A program made the position numbers and the translations under genes. DNA of 51,099 nucleotides from Burkholderiales bacterium (GTDB lineage Bacteria; Pseudomonadota; Gammaproteobacteria; Burkholderiales; SHXO01), in contig DASPUW010000333.1 of assembly GCA_035622675.1 (NCBI GenBank), forward strand, positions 1 to 51,099, in the 5' to 3' direction. Of the stretch, positions 35,761 to 44,637 are shown piece by piece. The notes beneath the pieces were generated by a model. It did no database searches, had not been told where the DNA came from, and saw only the letters and a list, made by a program, of their open reading frames with translations. How positions within the stretch are numbered: position 1 is the stretch's first letter; every line of letters begins with the position of its first letter.

Positions 35761-36795
35761 ATGCTGGCTCGCTGCATGTGGGCGTTGCTGGCAGCGTTCG
35801 CCGCGTGCATGCTCATCGTTCAGGATGTTGCCGCTCACGGCGTCACTCTCGATCTGTATCATCCGCTGTCGGCCGAGTCGGCGTTCCATCGTGCGTTCCT
35901 CGTACCCTGGGCTCGGAAGGTCGCGCAGGAATCGGGCAATCGCATCAATATCCATCTGCATGCGGAATCGGCAGATCCGGTCGCGACCAAGGGACTCTAC
36001 GAACAGGCCGAGGACGGCGACGCCGACCTGGTCTGGGCACCGATCCTGACCTCCGTCGAACACTTCCCCAGGCTCGGTATCGTCGATGCACCTTTCATGG
36101 TGCACACTGCACAGGGAGGGAGCCGCGCGGTATCGGAGTATGTGCGCGTCAACGATCTCCTCGATCGCGAGCTTGCCGGAGTGCGCGTGCTGGCAGTGCA
36201 CGTCGCGGACGGCACGCAGCTCCACTGCAGCGGGTCTGCCGCCACGGCGTCGACCGAAGTAGCCGGAAAGCGCATCGCGGTGGCATCTCCGGTCGACGCT
36301 GCGTTGCTCGCGGCGCTGGGCGCTACGCCCATCCAGGTTCCGGCGGCGCGCGTGACGAGCTCGCTTCGCGATGGGGCCGCGGAAGGCGCCCTGCTCGCCT
36401 GGTCCGAGGCCGGTGGCATCGCGGGCAACCACGTCGAGGTGGGTCCCGACGGCGCCGGTATCACCAGCGCCCTGTTCGTTTTGGCCATGGGCCCGGCCAG
36501 CTATCGCTCGCTGCGCGACGATCTCAAGGCCGTGATCGGGGCGAACAGCGGCAAAGAGACCGCTGCCTGGATCGGGCGCGTGCTCGACGAAGCGGCCGCG
36601 GAGTCGCGCAAGGCGGCGCTCGCACGCGGTGAAACCGTCCGCGCTATGACGCCTGCCGAACGTGAGGAGTGGACGCAGGGGGCGAGCAAAATCAGCGAGG
36701 CGCGCGCGGCTGTACTAACGCGGGCCGGGATCGGCGTTCGTCCGCTGATCGAGAGTGCGCGCGAGCAGCTGCAGACCTTCGACGCGTCGAAGTGA
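35761..36795 (+). CDS. TRAP-type (DctP-family) periplasmic solute-binding protein, orphan
   Basis: Signal peptide. HPLSAESAFHRAFLVPWARKV, DGDADLVWAPILTSVEHFPRLGIVDAPFMV and ALGATPIQVPAARVTSSLRDGAAEGALLAW follow the DctP-family pattern. No DctQ or DctM genes are present in the window. Confidence 0.78.
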   Translation: MLARCMWALLAAFAACMLIVQDVAAHGVTLDLYHPLSAESAFHRAFLVPWARKVAQESGNRINIHLHAESADPVATKGLYEQAEDGDADLVWAPILTSVEHFPRLGIVDAPFMVHTAQGGSRAVSEYVRVNDLLDRELAGVRVLAVHVADGTQLHCSGSAATASTEVAGKRIAVASPVDAALLAALGATPIQVPAARVTSSLRDGAAEGALLAWSEAGGIAGNHVEVGPDGAGITSALFVLAMGPASYRSLRDDLKAVIGANSGKETAAWIGRVLDEAAAESRKAALARGETVRAMTPAEREEWTQGASKISEARAAVLTRAGIGVRPLIESAREQLQTFDASK

Positions 36796-36817
36796 AACGA
36801 CCGAGCACCTACGCGTG

Positions 36818-38221
36818 CTAACGCCTCGGCGGGTTCGCTCGCCACAGAGCGGGGCTGAGGGCGGGTGCGAGGGCTTCCAGATACAGCGATGGTGCCATAT
36901 CGTAGGCGTAAGCATTCAGGCGTCCGAGCAGGTCGCTGACGCGGTCCGGATAGCTGGCGGCCTTGTTATCGGCTTCCTCCGGATCGTTTGCAATGTCGAA
37001 CAATTCGACCTTGGCAGGCAGCGCCGCGTGTACGATCAGCTTCCACTCCCCGACGCGGATCGCGCCGCGAAAATCCTCGACGTCGAGCAGCATATCCTTG
37101 CGCGTCGAGAGCTTGCGCTCCGTGATCACCGGCCACACGTCCACGCCGTCCAGCGGATGAGACGCGTCGGGCGCCGCACCGGCCAGGCGCAGCAGCGTCG
37201 CGTGCAGGTCGGTGATGTGCAGGGTATCCGTGACTATCGTCTTCGGAGCGATCCTTCCGCGCCACGATACGATCGACGGTATCCGCATCCCACCCTCATA
37301 CAGGCTGCCATGGCCCTCCCGCAAGCTGCCATTGTCCGCCGCCGTATTGCGCACGTCCCGGTCGCCGGTGGGATAGCGCGTCGGCACCGCCCCGCCGTTG
37401 TCGCTGTGGAAGACAATGAGTGTATGGTGGAGCAGCTTGCGGCGCTCGAGTGCGGTCACGATCTCGCCGATCGCCGAGTCGAGTGCTGTTACAGCCGCTG
37501 CGTAGTTGCGGCGACTGTCACTCGAGATATCGGAATAGCTCGCGCGCAGCGCAGGGGGGACATCCTGGTACCGTGCTGGTGCGTTGAATGAGACCATCAG
37601 GAACAACGGACTGGGAGGCTCATGCCGCTCGATGATGCGCACTGCTTCGGTGGCGAACAGCTGGGTGACGTATCCGGTATCGTTCACTGCCTTGTCGCCG
37701 CGACGCCAGTCAGTCTTGGTGGCCTTGTGAATCGAGGATTCCGACGTGCCGGCGAGCGAGCCGTAGAACATGTCGAAGCCGCGCCGCGTGGGCCAGTACT
37801 CCGGTTTCGCGTGACCCAGCAGCCAGTCACCGACGAATGCCGTGCGATAGCCTTCGTCCTTGAGCGCTTGCGCGAGCGTCCGTTCCTCGGCTGGCAGCCC
37901 GTAGGCGTTGGCGCGGGTGATCGACAGGGTCTGCAGCCCATAACGCATCGGATAGCGTCCGGTCAGCAGCGCAGCGCGTGTCTGGCTCGAGTATGGCTGC
38001 ACATAGAGCGCGTTCAGGATGGCCCCGCCCGCTGCCAGCGCATCCAGCGTTGGCGTGCGCAGTGTGCCGCCGCGAAAGCCCAAGTCGTGCGCGCCGAGAT
38101 CGGCTGCCAACAGGTAGACGATGTTGGGTCGGTCGGTTGCGAACGCTCCCGACGCCAGCAGCACAAGGCCGAGCGCAGCGACGCGCAGAGTCGACAAGGC
38201 CGAATTGACCTCAGGTGCCAT
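36818..38221 (-). CDS. sulfatase-family (alkaline phosphatase superfamily) exported protein, atypical active site
   Basis: Signal peptide, RPNIVYLLAADLGAHDLG, PYSSQTRAALLTGRYP and VFHSDNGG. The canonical C/S-x-P-x-R motif reads S-S-Q-T-R, and DDxG reads ADLG. Confidence 0.85.
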   Translation of the reverse strand: MAPEVNSALSTLRVAALGLVLLASGAFATDRPNIVYLLAADLGAHDLGFRGGTLRTPTLDALAAGGAILNALYVQPYSSQTRAALLTGRYPMRYGLQTLSITRANAYGLPAEERTLAQALKDEGYRTAFVGDWLLGHAKPEYWPTRRGFDMFYGSLAGTSESSIHKATKTDWRRGDKAVNDTGYVTQLFATEAVRIIERHEPPSPLFLMVSFNAPARYQDVPPALRASYSDISSDSRRNYAAAVTALDSAIGEIVTALERRKLLHHTLIVFHSDNGGAVPTRYPTGDRDVRNTAADNGSLREGHGSLYEGGMRIPSIVSWRGRIAPKTIVTDTLHITDLHATLLRLAGAAPDASHPLDGVDVWPVITERKLSTRKDMLLDVEDFRGAIRVGEWKLIVHAALPAKVELFDIANDPEEADNKAASYPDRVSDLLGRLNAYAYDMAPSLYLEALAPALSPALWRANPPRR

Positions 38222-38325
38222 TTCTCAATTTCTCCTCGGGCAGCACACGAGGCCCCGATCATACGGTGTGGCGCAGCTTCCCACCACGGGCATTCGGCCG
38301 GGCGAGGCCGCATCTGGACTTAACC

Positions 38326-39825
38326 ATGATGGCGCCTCGCGACGCGCTGCTCGAGTGGCTCGCCTCCGCCGCTGCGCGCATCAATCGGCAGCGATGGCTG
38401 CGGGACGGATCGTGGGCGGCAGCAGGACTGGGCGTGCTCTGGGCTGGCCACCTGGCGATCGTGCGGTTCGTACGGCCACCGACCGTGGCAACTGCTCTGC
38501 TGCCTCTGATGCTGCTGTTTGCGATCGCGACGCTCATTGTGCTGGTCGCGCGGCGGGTGAGGCGGCCGGGCCTCGCAGAAGCGGCCGACGCTGCCGACGC
38601 ACGTGCCAAGTTGCACGACGGACTCATCAGCGCGCACTGCTTTACTCAGGACGATGAGGACGCTTTCAAGGCTCTGCACGTGCGGCGTTCCGCGGCAGCC
38701 GCAGCTGGCATCGACCCGCGCCAGCTCTTCCCGCTCGTGGTGCCGCGCGGAGCTGTGGCCATACTCGCCGCGGCACTGCTCGCCGCAGCTTCAGTAACGA
38801 TGCTGCCGCACGCCGCAGACTCACCGGTAGAGCCGCTTCAGGCAGCCGTGCCTGGTTCGTCGGACGCGGTACGTGACGCAAGTCATCGGCGTGCCGACGG
38901 AACGGAGGAAAACACCCTGGCCGGAAGCCGTATCGGCCCCGGCCTCTGGAAGCAGATCGATGCGCTGGCTGCCTCGTTCGCCGGGTCGACCGCGGGGCAG
39001 TCGCTGATGGAAGCGATCGCGGCACGCGATGCGCGGGCGGCGGCGGAAGCACTTCGACCCCTCAAACAGGATGCGTCGGCGGAAGCCGGCGGACAGCACA
39101 TGCCGCAAACGGTAGACGAGCAGATGAACAATGTGCTCGCACAAGGCATCCTCGAGCGGCTGTCGGAACTACTCAAAGCGGAGGACTCGGCAGCGGCGCA
39201 AGCGCTCGCAATGGCCAACGAGCGTCCCACTGCGCAACTCGAAAATGAGCTGCGCGCCGAGCAGGAGGACACGCAACGTGCGGCACCACGTCAGCAGAGC
39301 GAAGGCGAAGACGCAGTGAACACACTCCTGCGCGCACTGTCACGGTCCAGCACCGCCGGCCGGGACCGCGTGCGCGGCGAGGCCGACAGCATGGACGGCG
39401 CGGGCCGTGCAAGTGTGGGTGGCGGCGCGATGGGACGGCGCGTTGGCATGAGCAGCGCGGGCGCGGGCGAAGGCGACCAGCCCGGCGCCAACGTCACCCC
39501 ACAGACCGACAGCGATTCCATCTTCGGAAGAAAAACCGAGCGACTGGCAGTCCAGTTGCGCAACGTCAAAGTGCCCGAGGCCACTCTCGACGCGGCCGAG
39601 GAAGAAGATCGGAGCGGAACGGAGGAAGCCAGCTATGCAGCGACGCGCGCGCAAGCCGCGCACACAGCCGCTCAGGGCGTGATCTTGGGTTCGTCGTCCG
39701 TAGCCGAGTCCGTGCTCGACGGTCAGCAATCGCCTCTCGAGTACCGTGAAGCTGTCAAACGCTACACGATGACTCGCCATCGTCGCGAGGCGGAGCAACG
39801 CGCAGTAACGGGTAGCGGGCAATAG
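38326..39825 (+). CDS. membrane protein of Bat/VWA-type cluster (Ala/Glu-rich, C-terminal PLEYREAVKRY motif)
   Basis: ATG at 38326. Two or three N-terminal TM segments are followed by a long low-complexity acidic region and a C-terminal SPLEYREAVKRYTM. I recall a similar P-x-EYR-x-x-V-x-x-Y tail in proteins of MoxR/VWA operons, but this is unverified. Confidence 0.65.
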   Translation: MMAPRDALLEWLASAAARINRQRWLRDGSWAAAGLGVLWAGHLAIVRFVRPPTVATALLPLMLLFAIATLIVLVARRVRRPGLAEAADAADARAKLHDGLISAHCFTQDDEDAFKALHVRRSAAAAAGIDPRQLFPLVVPRGAVAILAAALLAAASVTMLPHAADSPVEPLQAAVPGSSDAVRDASHRRADGTEENTLAGSRIGPGLWKQIDALAASFAGSTAGQSLMEAIAARDARAAAEALRPLKQDASAEAGGQHMPQTVDEQMNNVLAQGILERLSELLKAEDSAAAQALAMANERPTAQLENELRAEQEDTQRAAPRQQSEGEDAVNTLLRALSRSSTAGRDRVRGEADSMDGAGRASVGGGAMGRRVGMSSAGAGEGDQPGANVTPQTDSDSIFGRKTERLAVQLRNVKVPEATLDAAEEEDRSGTEEASYAATRAQAAHTAAQGVILGSSSVAESVLDGQQSPLEYREAVKRYTMTRHRREAEQRAVTGSGQ

Positions 39826-39838
39826 GGGCCGGCCGGCG

Positions 39839-41605
39839 GTGATCTCCTTGCTGCAAGCATCGCCGACATTCGGGCTGCTGCTGGTCGGCCTGGTTGTCGC
39901 CGCCATCGTCGCAATCCATCTTTTGAAGCCGCGACGGGTCAGGCGTGTTGTTGCTTCGACCCTGATCTGGCAGAGGGCCACGCGCCGCATCGGCAAGCGC
40001 GCTGACAGATGGCGCTGGTGGCTCGCGTTGGCATTGTCGCTCGCCATCGGGATCGGGCTCACGCTGGCGCTGGTGCGTCCCGAGCTGCGCGGGTTCGGTG
40101 CAGGCGCAAGGCGAGTCGTTGTGGTGCTCGACAATGGACCGACCATGGCGGTGCGCACGCGCGATGGACAGACACGCTGGGCGCACGCGGTCGCAGAAGC
40201 GCGCAGCGTGATTGCGCGAGCGGCCGGCCCCGTGATGGTCATGGACAGCATGGGCTTGACCGGCTCGAGCGGCTTCCTCGGGCGCGATGAAGCCTTGGCT
40301 ACGCTCGGCCGTATGACAGTGGTGCCGGTGGCGGAAGGAGTCCCGCCGATGCTCCCGCCGCCACCAGGAACCGAAGTGCATTTCATCGGCGACGGCGTCG
40401 CGCCTGTAGATCCACCGCCTGAGGCGATCGTGCATCCCGTGTTCGAGCCCGCCGACAACGTCGCGGTGCTCCGGCTGGTGACGCGCGCGCTGCCTGCGGA
40501 TCCGCTCCGAGTGGACGCGCTGGTTCAGGTGTTCAACGCGTCGCCCGTCGAAAAGACCGTGCAGTTGACGCTGCGTGGGGGAGAACGATTCGCCGTATCG
40601 CAGACGCTGCGCATGACTGCCGGCGAGCGAATCGATGCGACGTTCGATGTGTCCGGCTTCGAGGGCGGCGTGCTGGCCGCCGCCGCTCACGCTCGGGGCG
40701 ACGCCTTCGCCGCGGACGACATCGCCTACACCGTCGTGCAGCCGCACGGCCGCAGGCGCGTGCAGTTGGTCACGCGTGGCAATGCGCCGCTTGCGGATGC
40801 GCTCGCGGCGCTACCGGCCATCCGGCTCGAAGTCATAGCGCCGGAACGCTACCGACACGGTTCCCGCGCCGATGCATACGTGTTCGATGGGTTCGCGCCG
40901 GACCGGGCGCCGGATGCGGGCTCACTGTTGTTTCATCCCGCGCACGTCGACTGGCTGCCGCCGGGGCGGCCCGCCAACGGACCGGTGGTCGTGGATGATT
41001 GGGATCGCGCGAGCCCGATCGCGGGCGCCGTGCCATGGAATGCACTCAGCATTGGGCGTAGCGAGTTGTGGAACGTATCAGGTGCCGAAGCTGCCGTCCT
41101 TGTTCGCGCAAGCGCTGAAGGCTTAGTGGTATCGGGTCGCGCGAGTGCGCCGTGGATCGCGGTCGGGTTCCTCAGCGACCAAAGCGACCTGCCGTTGCAG
41201 CCCGGCTTCGCCGTGTTGCTCGGCAACGCGCTCGCGCAACTCACCGTAGCCACACCGGCGCGCACCGAGCCTCTGGGCGTCGTGCGCGTGGCACTGCCCA
41301 ACGGTGAGGTGCGGGATGGCCGGGGGCATCTTGTCGAGAGCCGCACCGCTGGCGGCGTGACGATCTTCGACGCGCAACGACCCGACATCTACACCGTGCG
41401 GTCGGGTAACGCGCACGTCTTGATAGCCGCTGGCCTGATGGACTCACGCCTGGCTGACATCAACGCCAGCCGCTTCGCCCACACACCGGTACCGGCCACT
41501 GCACTGCCCGGCGTGCCGCTCGAACGCTGGGCCCTCGCTGTCCTGGCCTGCATGGCGCTGCTCGTGTTCGACTGGGCCGCCTACGTGCGCCGGGTCACGC
41601 GCTAG
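39839..41605 (+). CDS. BatA-like membrane protein (aerotolerance-regulator N-terminal double-TM domain)
   Basis: GTG start. MISLLQASPTFGLLLVGLVVAAIVAIHLLKPRR...STLIW has the BatA_N pattern. A C-terminal TM segment is present (WALAVLACMALLVFDW). Confidence 0.72.
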   Translation: MISLLQASPTFGLLLVGLVVAAIVAIHLLKPRRVRRVVASTLIWQRATRRIGKRADRWRWWLALALSLAIGIGLTLALVRPELRGFGAGARRVVVVLDNGPTMAVRTRDGQTRWAHAVAEARSVIARAAGPVMVMDSMGLTGSSGFLGRDEALATLGRMTVVPVAEGVPPMLPPPPGTEVHFIGDGVAPVDPPPEAIVHPVFEPADNVAVLRLVTRALPADPLRVDALVQVFNASPVEKTVQLTLRGGERFAVSQTLRMTAGERIDATFDVSGFEGGVLAAAAHARGDAFAADDIAYTVVQPHGRRRVQLVTRGNAPLADALAALPAIRLEVIAPERYRHGSRADAYVFDGFAPDRAPDAGSLLFHPAHVDWLPPGRPANGPVVVDDWDRASPIAGAVPWNALSIGRSELWNVSGAEAAVLVRASAEGLVVSGRASAPWIAVGFLSDQSDLPLQPGFAVLLGNALAQLTVATPARTEPLGVVRVALPNGEVRDGRGHLVESRTAGGVTIFDAQRPDIYTVRSGNAHVLIAAGLMDSRLADINASRFAHTPVPATALPGVPLERWALAVLACMALLVFDWAAYVRRVTR

Positions 41606-41614
41606 AGACGCAAC

Positions 41615-44344
41615 ATGGCAATGCTGTATCCACAGGCTCTTTGGCTGCTGCTCGCGTTGCCCTTGGTCTGGCTCCTTGGATTCGCGGCGCGGCGCGATCA
41701 TGCGCCCCCGCGTCTGCTTGGCAGCGTGGTGTTGCGCAGCACTACGCTGACCTTGCTGATCCTGGCGATCGCTCAGCCGCGCCTCTTCGTGCGCGATGAG
41801 TCGGTGTCCGTGGTCTACGCGCTCGACATCTCGCGCAGCGTCGCGCCCGCCTCGGTAAGCGGTGCGCTGGAATGGATCCGAACAGCGAATGCGCGTTTCC
41901 AGCCGTCGGAAGCGCACTATCTCGTATTCGCGGACCGAGCGCGATATGTGGCATCGGTCGACGATGTGCCCGCGGTCGACGTATCGTTCACCGAGCGCTC
42001 CGATCGGACCCAGACTGTCGCGCAAGGTGCAACCGACATCGAGCAGGCCCTGCGCGCTGCGGTGCCCGCCTTCGGGCCAGGCGGTGAACGGCGGCTGGTG
42101 CTGTTCACCGACGGGGTGCAGACGCGCGGCGATTTCCTGCGTGAGCTGCCCAGGCTCGATGCCGCGAAGGTGCGCGTGTTCGCGGTGCCGATGCAAGTAG
42201 CCGCAGAGCACGACGCATGGGTGGATGCAATCAGGGTGCCCGAAGGTGTGCGCCGCGACGAACCCATCACCGTTCAAGTGACGGTGCAGGCGCAGGCCGC
42301 GATGCCGGCACGGGTGCAACTAGCGACCGGCGGACGGAGCCTCGGCGCGCGATCAGTGAATCTGCGGTTCGGGATCAACGATATTGGTTTCGATGTCGCG
42401 CTGCCGGAAGCGGGTGCAACGACGCTTGTCGCGACGGTCCGCGCCGAAGGTGACACCTACGCCGGGAACGACACGCTGGCAGAAACAGTTTGGGTGGGCC
42501 CTCATCCGCGCGTGCTATACGTCGATGGCGTTCCCGAAAGCGCGCGCTACCTCGCGGAGGCCTTGCGTGCGCACCATCTGGACGTGACGGTCGCAAGCAC
42601 GGAAGCTCTGGCCACGGGTGAAGTGTCCGTGGACGCGTCCGACGTCGTTTTCCTCAGCGATGTGTTCGTGCAGGGCATCGATGCGCGAACAGTCGCGAAG
42701 CTCGAAGCCTTCGTACGCGATCGGGGTGGCGGATTGATCTTCGCGGCCGGTGAAAGCACGTATGGCGAGAAAGGTCTGGCTGGCAGCAGCGTGGAAAACA
42801 TGTTGCCGGTGCGCTTCGAGGGTAAGCGCAAGCGGCGCGATCTCGACCTGGTCCTGCTGATCGACCGTTCGCACAGCATGCGTGGCGGCAAGCTGGAGCG
42901 GGCGAAAACCGCCTCGTTGTCCACGCTCGATATGCTGGAGCCGCGCCACCGCCTCGCCGTGGTGGCCTTCGATGCGCGGCCATACGAGGTGGTGCCGCTT
43001 GTACCCGTCGGCAACAAGCGCCGAGCCGAGGATCTGATCTCGAGCATGACGGCGCGTGGACAGACCAGCATCTACCCGGCTCTGGTGGAGGCGCAGCGGC
43101 TGCTTGCTGCCTCGTCTGCCACTACCAAGCATGTCATCCTGCTATCCGATGGTGTGACCGTGCAGCCGCCCGCATCGGGTGGGGCGCCCACGGCGGCGCA
43201 GATCCAGGCAGCGATCCGGAAAGGCCGAGAGGAGGAGATGCGCCAGCAAGGCATCCCGGTTCCGCCGCCCGAAGCGACGGAGGTGTTGCCCGAACCCGGG
43301 GCCATCGAGACAGTCGTCGAGGAGCTAGCCCAAGCGAAAGTGACGGTGTCTACGGTGGCCATCGGCGACAAGCCGAACGTCGGGCTGATGCGCGACATCG
43401 CCGCAATCGGCAAGGGACGCAGCTACGTGGCGCACGACGATGCGGAGATCCCGAGCCTGTTCGTCAGCGAAACGCGGAGGTTGCTCGGCGAGTCGCTCGT
43501 GGAGGAAGCCTTCCGCCCGGTCGTTGCGCATCGCACTGCAGTCCTAGCCGGAGTCGATTTCGACCGCGGGCCGCCACTGCAGGGGATGAGTGTTGCGCGC
43601 GCAAAGACGTTCGCCGACGTGCTGCTGCGCGGCCCCAAGGAGCAGCCACTGCTCGTCACCACGCACTACGGTCTGGGTAAGACCGTCGCTTTTCTTTCCG
43701 ATGTGAAGAACCGTTGGTCGAGCGCATGGATCGGATGGGAAGGCTACGGGCGCTTCTGGGCACAAGTTGTACGCGATTGCGTGTCGCGCGCGGACGAGCG
43801 GAATGTAGTGCTGCGCGTGACGCGGTCAAAGGGGGAAGCGCTCATCGAGCTGCGCGCGCTGGCATCCGATCGCAGCTATCGGAGCGGATTGTCTCCGTCG
43901 GTGCACATCACGGCGCCTAGCGGTACTCAGTCGACGCTCGTCATGCAGCAGGTCGCGCCGGGCGTCTACTCGGCGCGAGCCCCAATCGAAGCCGGGCAGA
44001 CGCAGCCCTATCGCTTCGAGCTCACCGAAGGCGGTGGTGTGACGCGGGCCGACCTCCGCGAAGCCGGCATCCGCTCCCTCTCCTACTCCTGGTCCGACGA
44101 GTTGCGCGGGTTACCGGTGGACGCGGCGGCGCTGCGCCTGCTGAGCGATCGAACTGGCGGCGCATATGCAGCCCGGGCCGAGGAGATCTTCGCGCTGAAG
44201 GGCGATGGTGGACGTGTTCCGCGCCCGTTGTGGCCGATTCTGCTGGCGATCGCCCTCGGCGCGTTCCTGCTGGACATCTTGTTGCGGCGTCTGCGCTGGG
44301 CTCAGCGAAGTCGGCGAACGTCTGCTTTCTCGCCGCTTGGGTGA
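41615..44344 (+). CDS. large membrane-anchored protein with two VWA domains and GATase1-like domains
   Basis: The N-terminus is BatA_N-like (LYPQALWLLLALPLVWLL). MIDAS motifs are VYALDISRS and VLLIDRSHSMRGGKL...GQTSIY...LLSDG. The protein ends in a C-terminal TM segment. Confidence 0.85.
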   Translation: MAMLYPQALWLLLALPLVWLLGFAARRDHAPPRLLGSVVLRSTTLTLLILAIAQPRLFVRDESVSVVYALDISRSVAPASVSGALEWIRTANARFQPSEAHYLVFADRARYVASVDDVPAVDVSFTERSDRTQTVAQGATDIEQALRAAVPAFGPGGERRLVLFTDGVQTRGDFLRELPRLDAAKVRVFAVPMQVAAEHDAWVDAIRVPEGVRRDEPITVQVTVQAQAAMPARVQLATGGRSLGARSVNLRFGINDIGFDVALPEAGATTLVATVRAEGDTYAGNDTLAETVWVGPHPRVLYVDGVPESARYLAEALRAHHLDVTVASTEALATGEVSVDASDVVFLSDVFVQGIDARTVAKLEAFVRDRGGGLIFAAGESTYGEKGLAGSSVENMLPVRFEGKRKRRDLDLVLLIDRSHSMRGGKLERAKTASLSTLDMLEPRHRLAVVAFDARPYEVVPLVPVGNKRRAEDLISSMTARGQTSIYPALVEAQRLLAASSATTKHVILLSDGVTVQPPASGGAPTAAQIQAAIRKGREEEMRQQGIPVPPPEATEVLPEPGAIETVVEELAQAKVTVSTVAIGDKPNVGLMRDIAAIGKGRSYVAHDDAEIPSLFVSETRRLLGESLVEEAFRPVVAHRTAVLAGVDFDRGPPLQGMSVARAKTFADVLLRGPKEQPLLVTTHYGLGKTVAFLSDVKNRWSSAWIGWEGYGRFWAQVVRDCVSRADERNVVLRVTRSKGEALIELRALASDRSYRSGLSPSVHITAPSGTQSTLVMQQVAPGVYSARAPIEAGQTQPYRFELTEGGGVTRADLREAGIRSLSYSWSDELRGLPVDAAALRLLSDRTGGAYAARAEEIFALKGDGGRVPRPLWPILLAIALGAFLLDILLRRLRWAQRSRRTSAFSPLG

Positions 44345-44373
44345 CGAGCCGACGGCGATGCGCATATCCGGCG

Positions 44374-44633
44374 ATGGTGGTGCGCCTCGCCAGCACCGGC
44401 GAGCGTGGGGAAGTGCTGCGTCAGAAGCTGGAGGCGATCGGCTATGGCTTCCTCGTTCCGTTCTTCTTCGTCGTCAGCGGGATCAAGTTCGACCTCGGTT
44501 CGCTGCTCGAGAGTACGCGCTGGTGGGCGCAGGCATGGTGTCGGTGCTCCTGTTCCCGTTGTTCGCGCTGCGCGAGCGCACCGGCGCTGTTCGCCGGGGA
44601 GCGGGTCGCGGCGACGGCGAAGACTCTCTGTAG
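44374..44633 (+). pseudogene. C-terminal remnants of a CPA2 cation:proton antiporter gene (frameshifted, internally deleted)
   Basis: Frame 1 (44374..44517) reads MVVRLASTGERGEVLRQKLEAIGYGFLVPFFFVVSGIKFDLGSLLES. A different frame (44517..44633) reads ALVGAGMVSVLLFPLFALRERTG... and then stops. Both are typical CPA2 late TM segments, but roughly 100 residues expected between them are missing. Confidence 0.65.
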
Positions 44634-44637
44634 CCCG

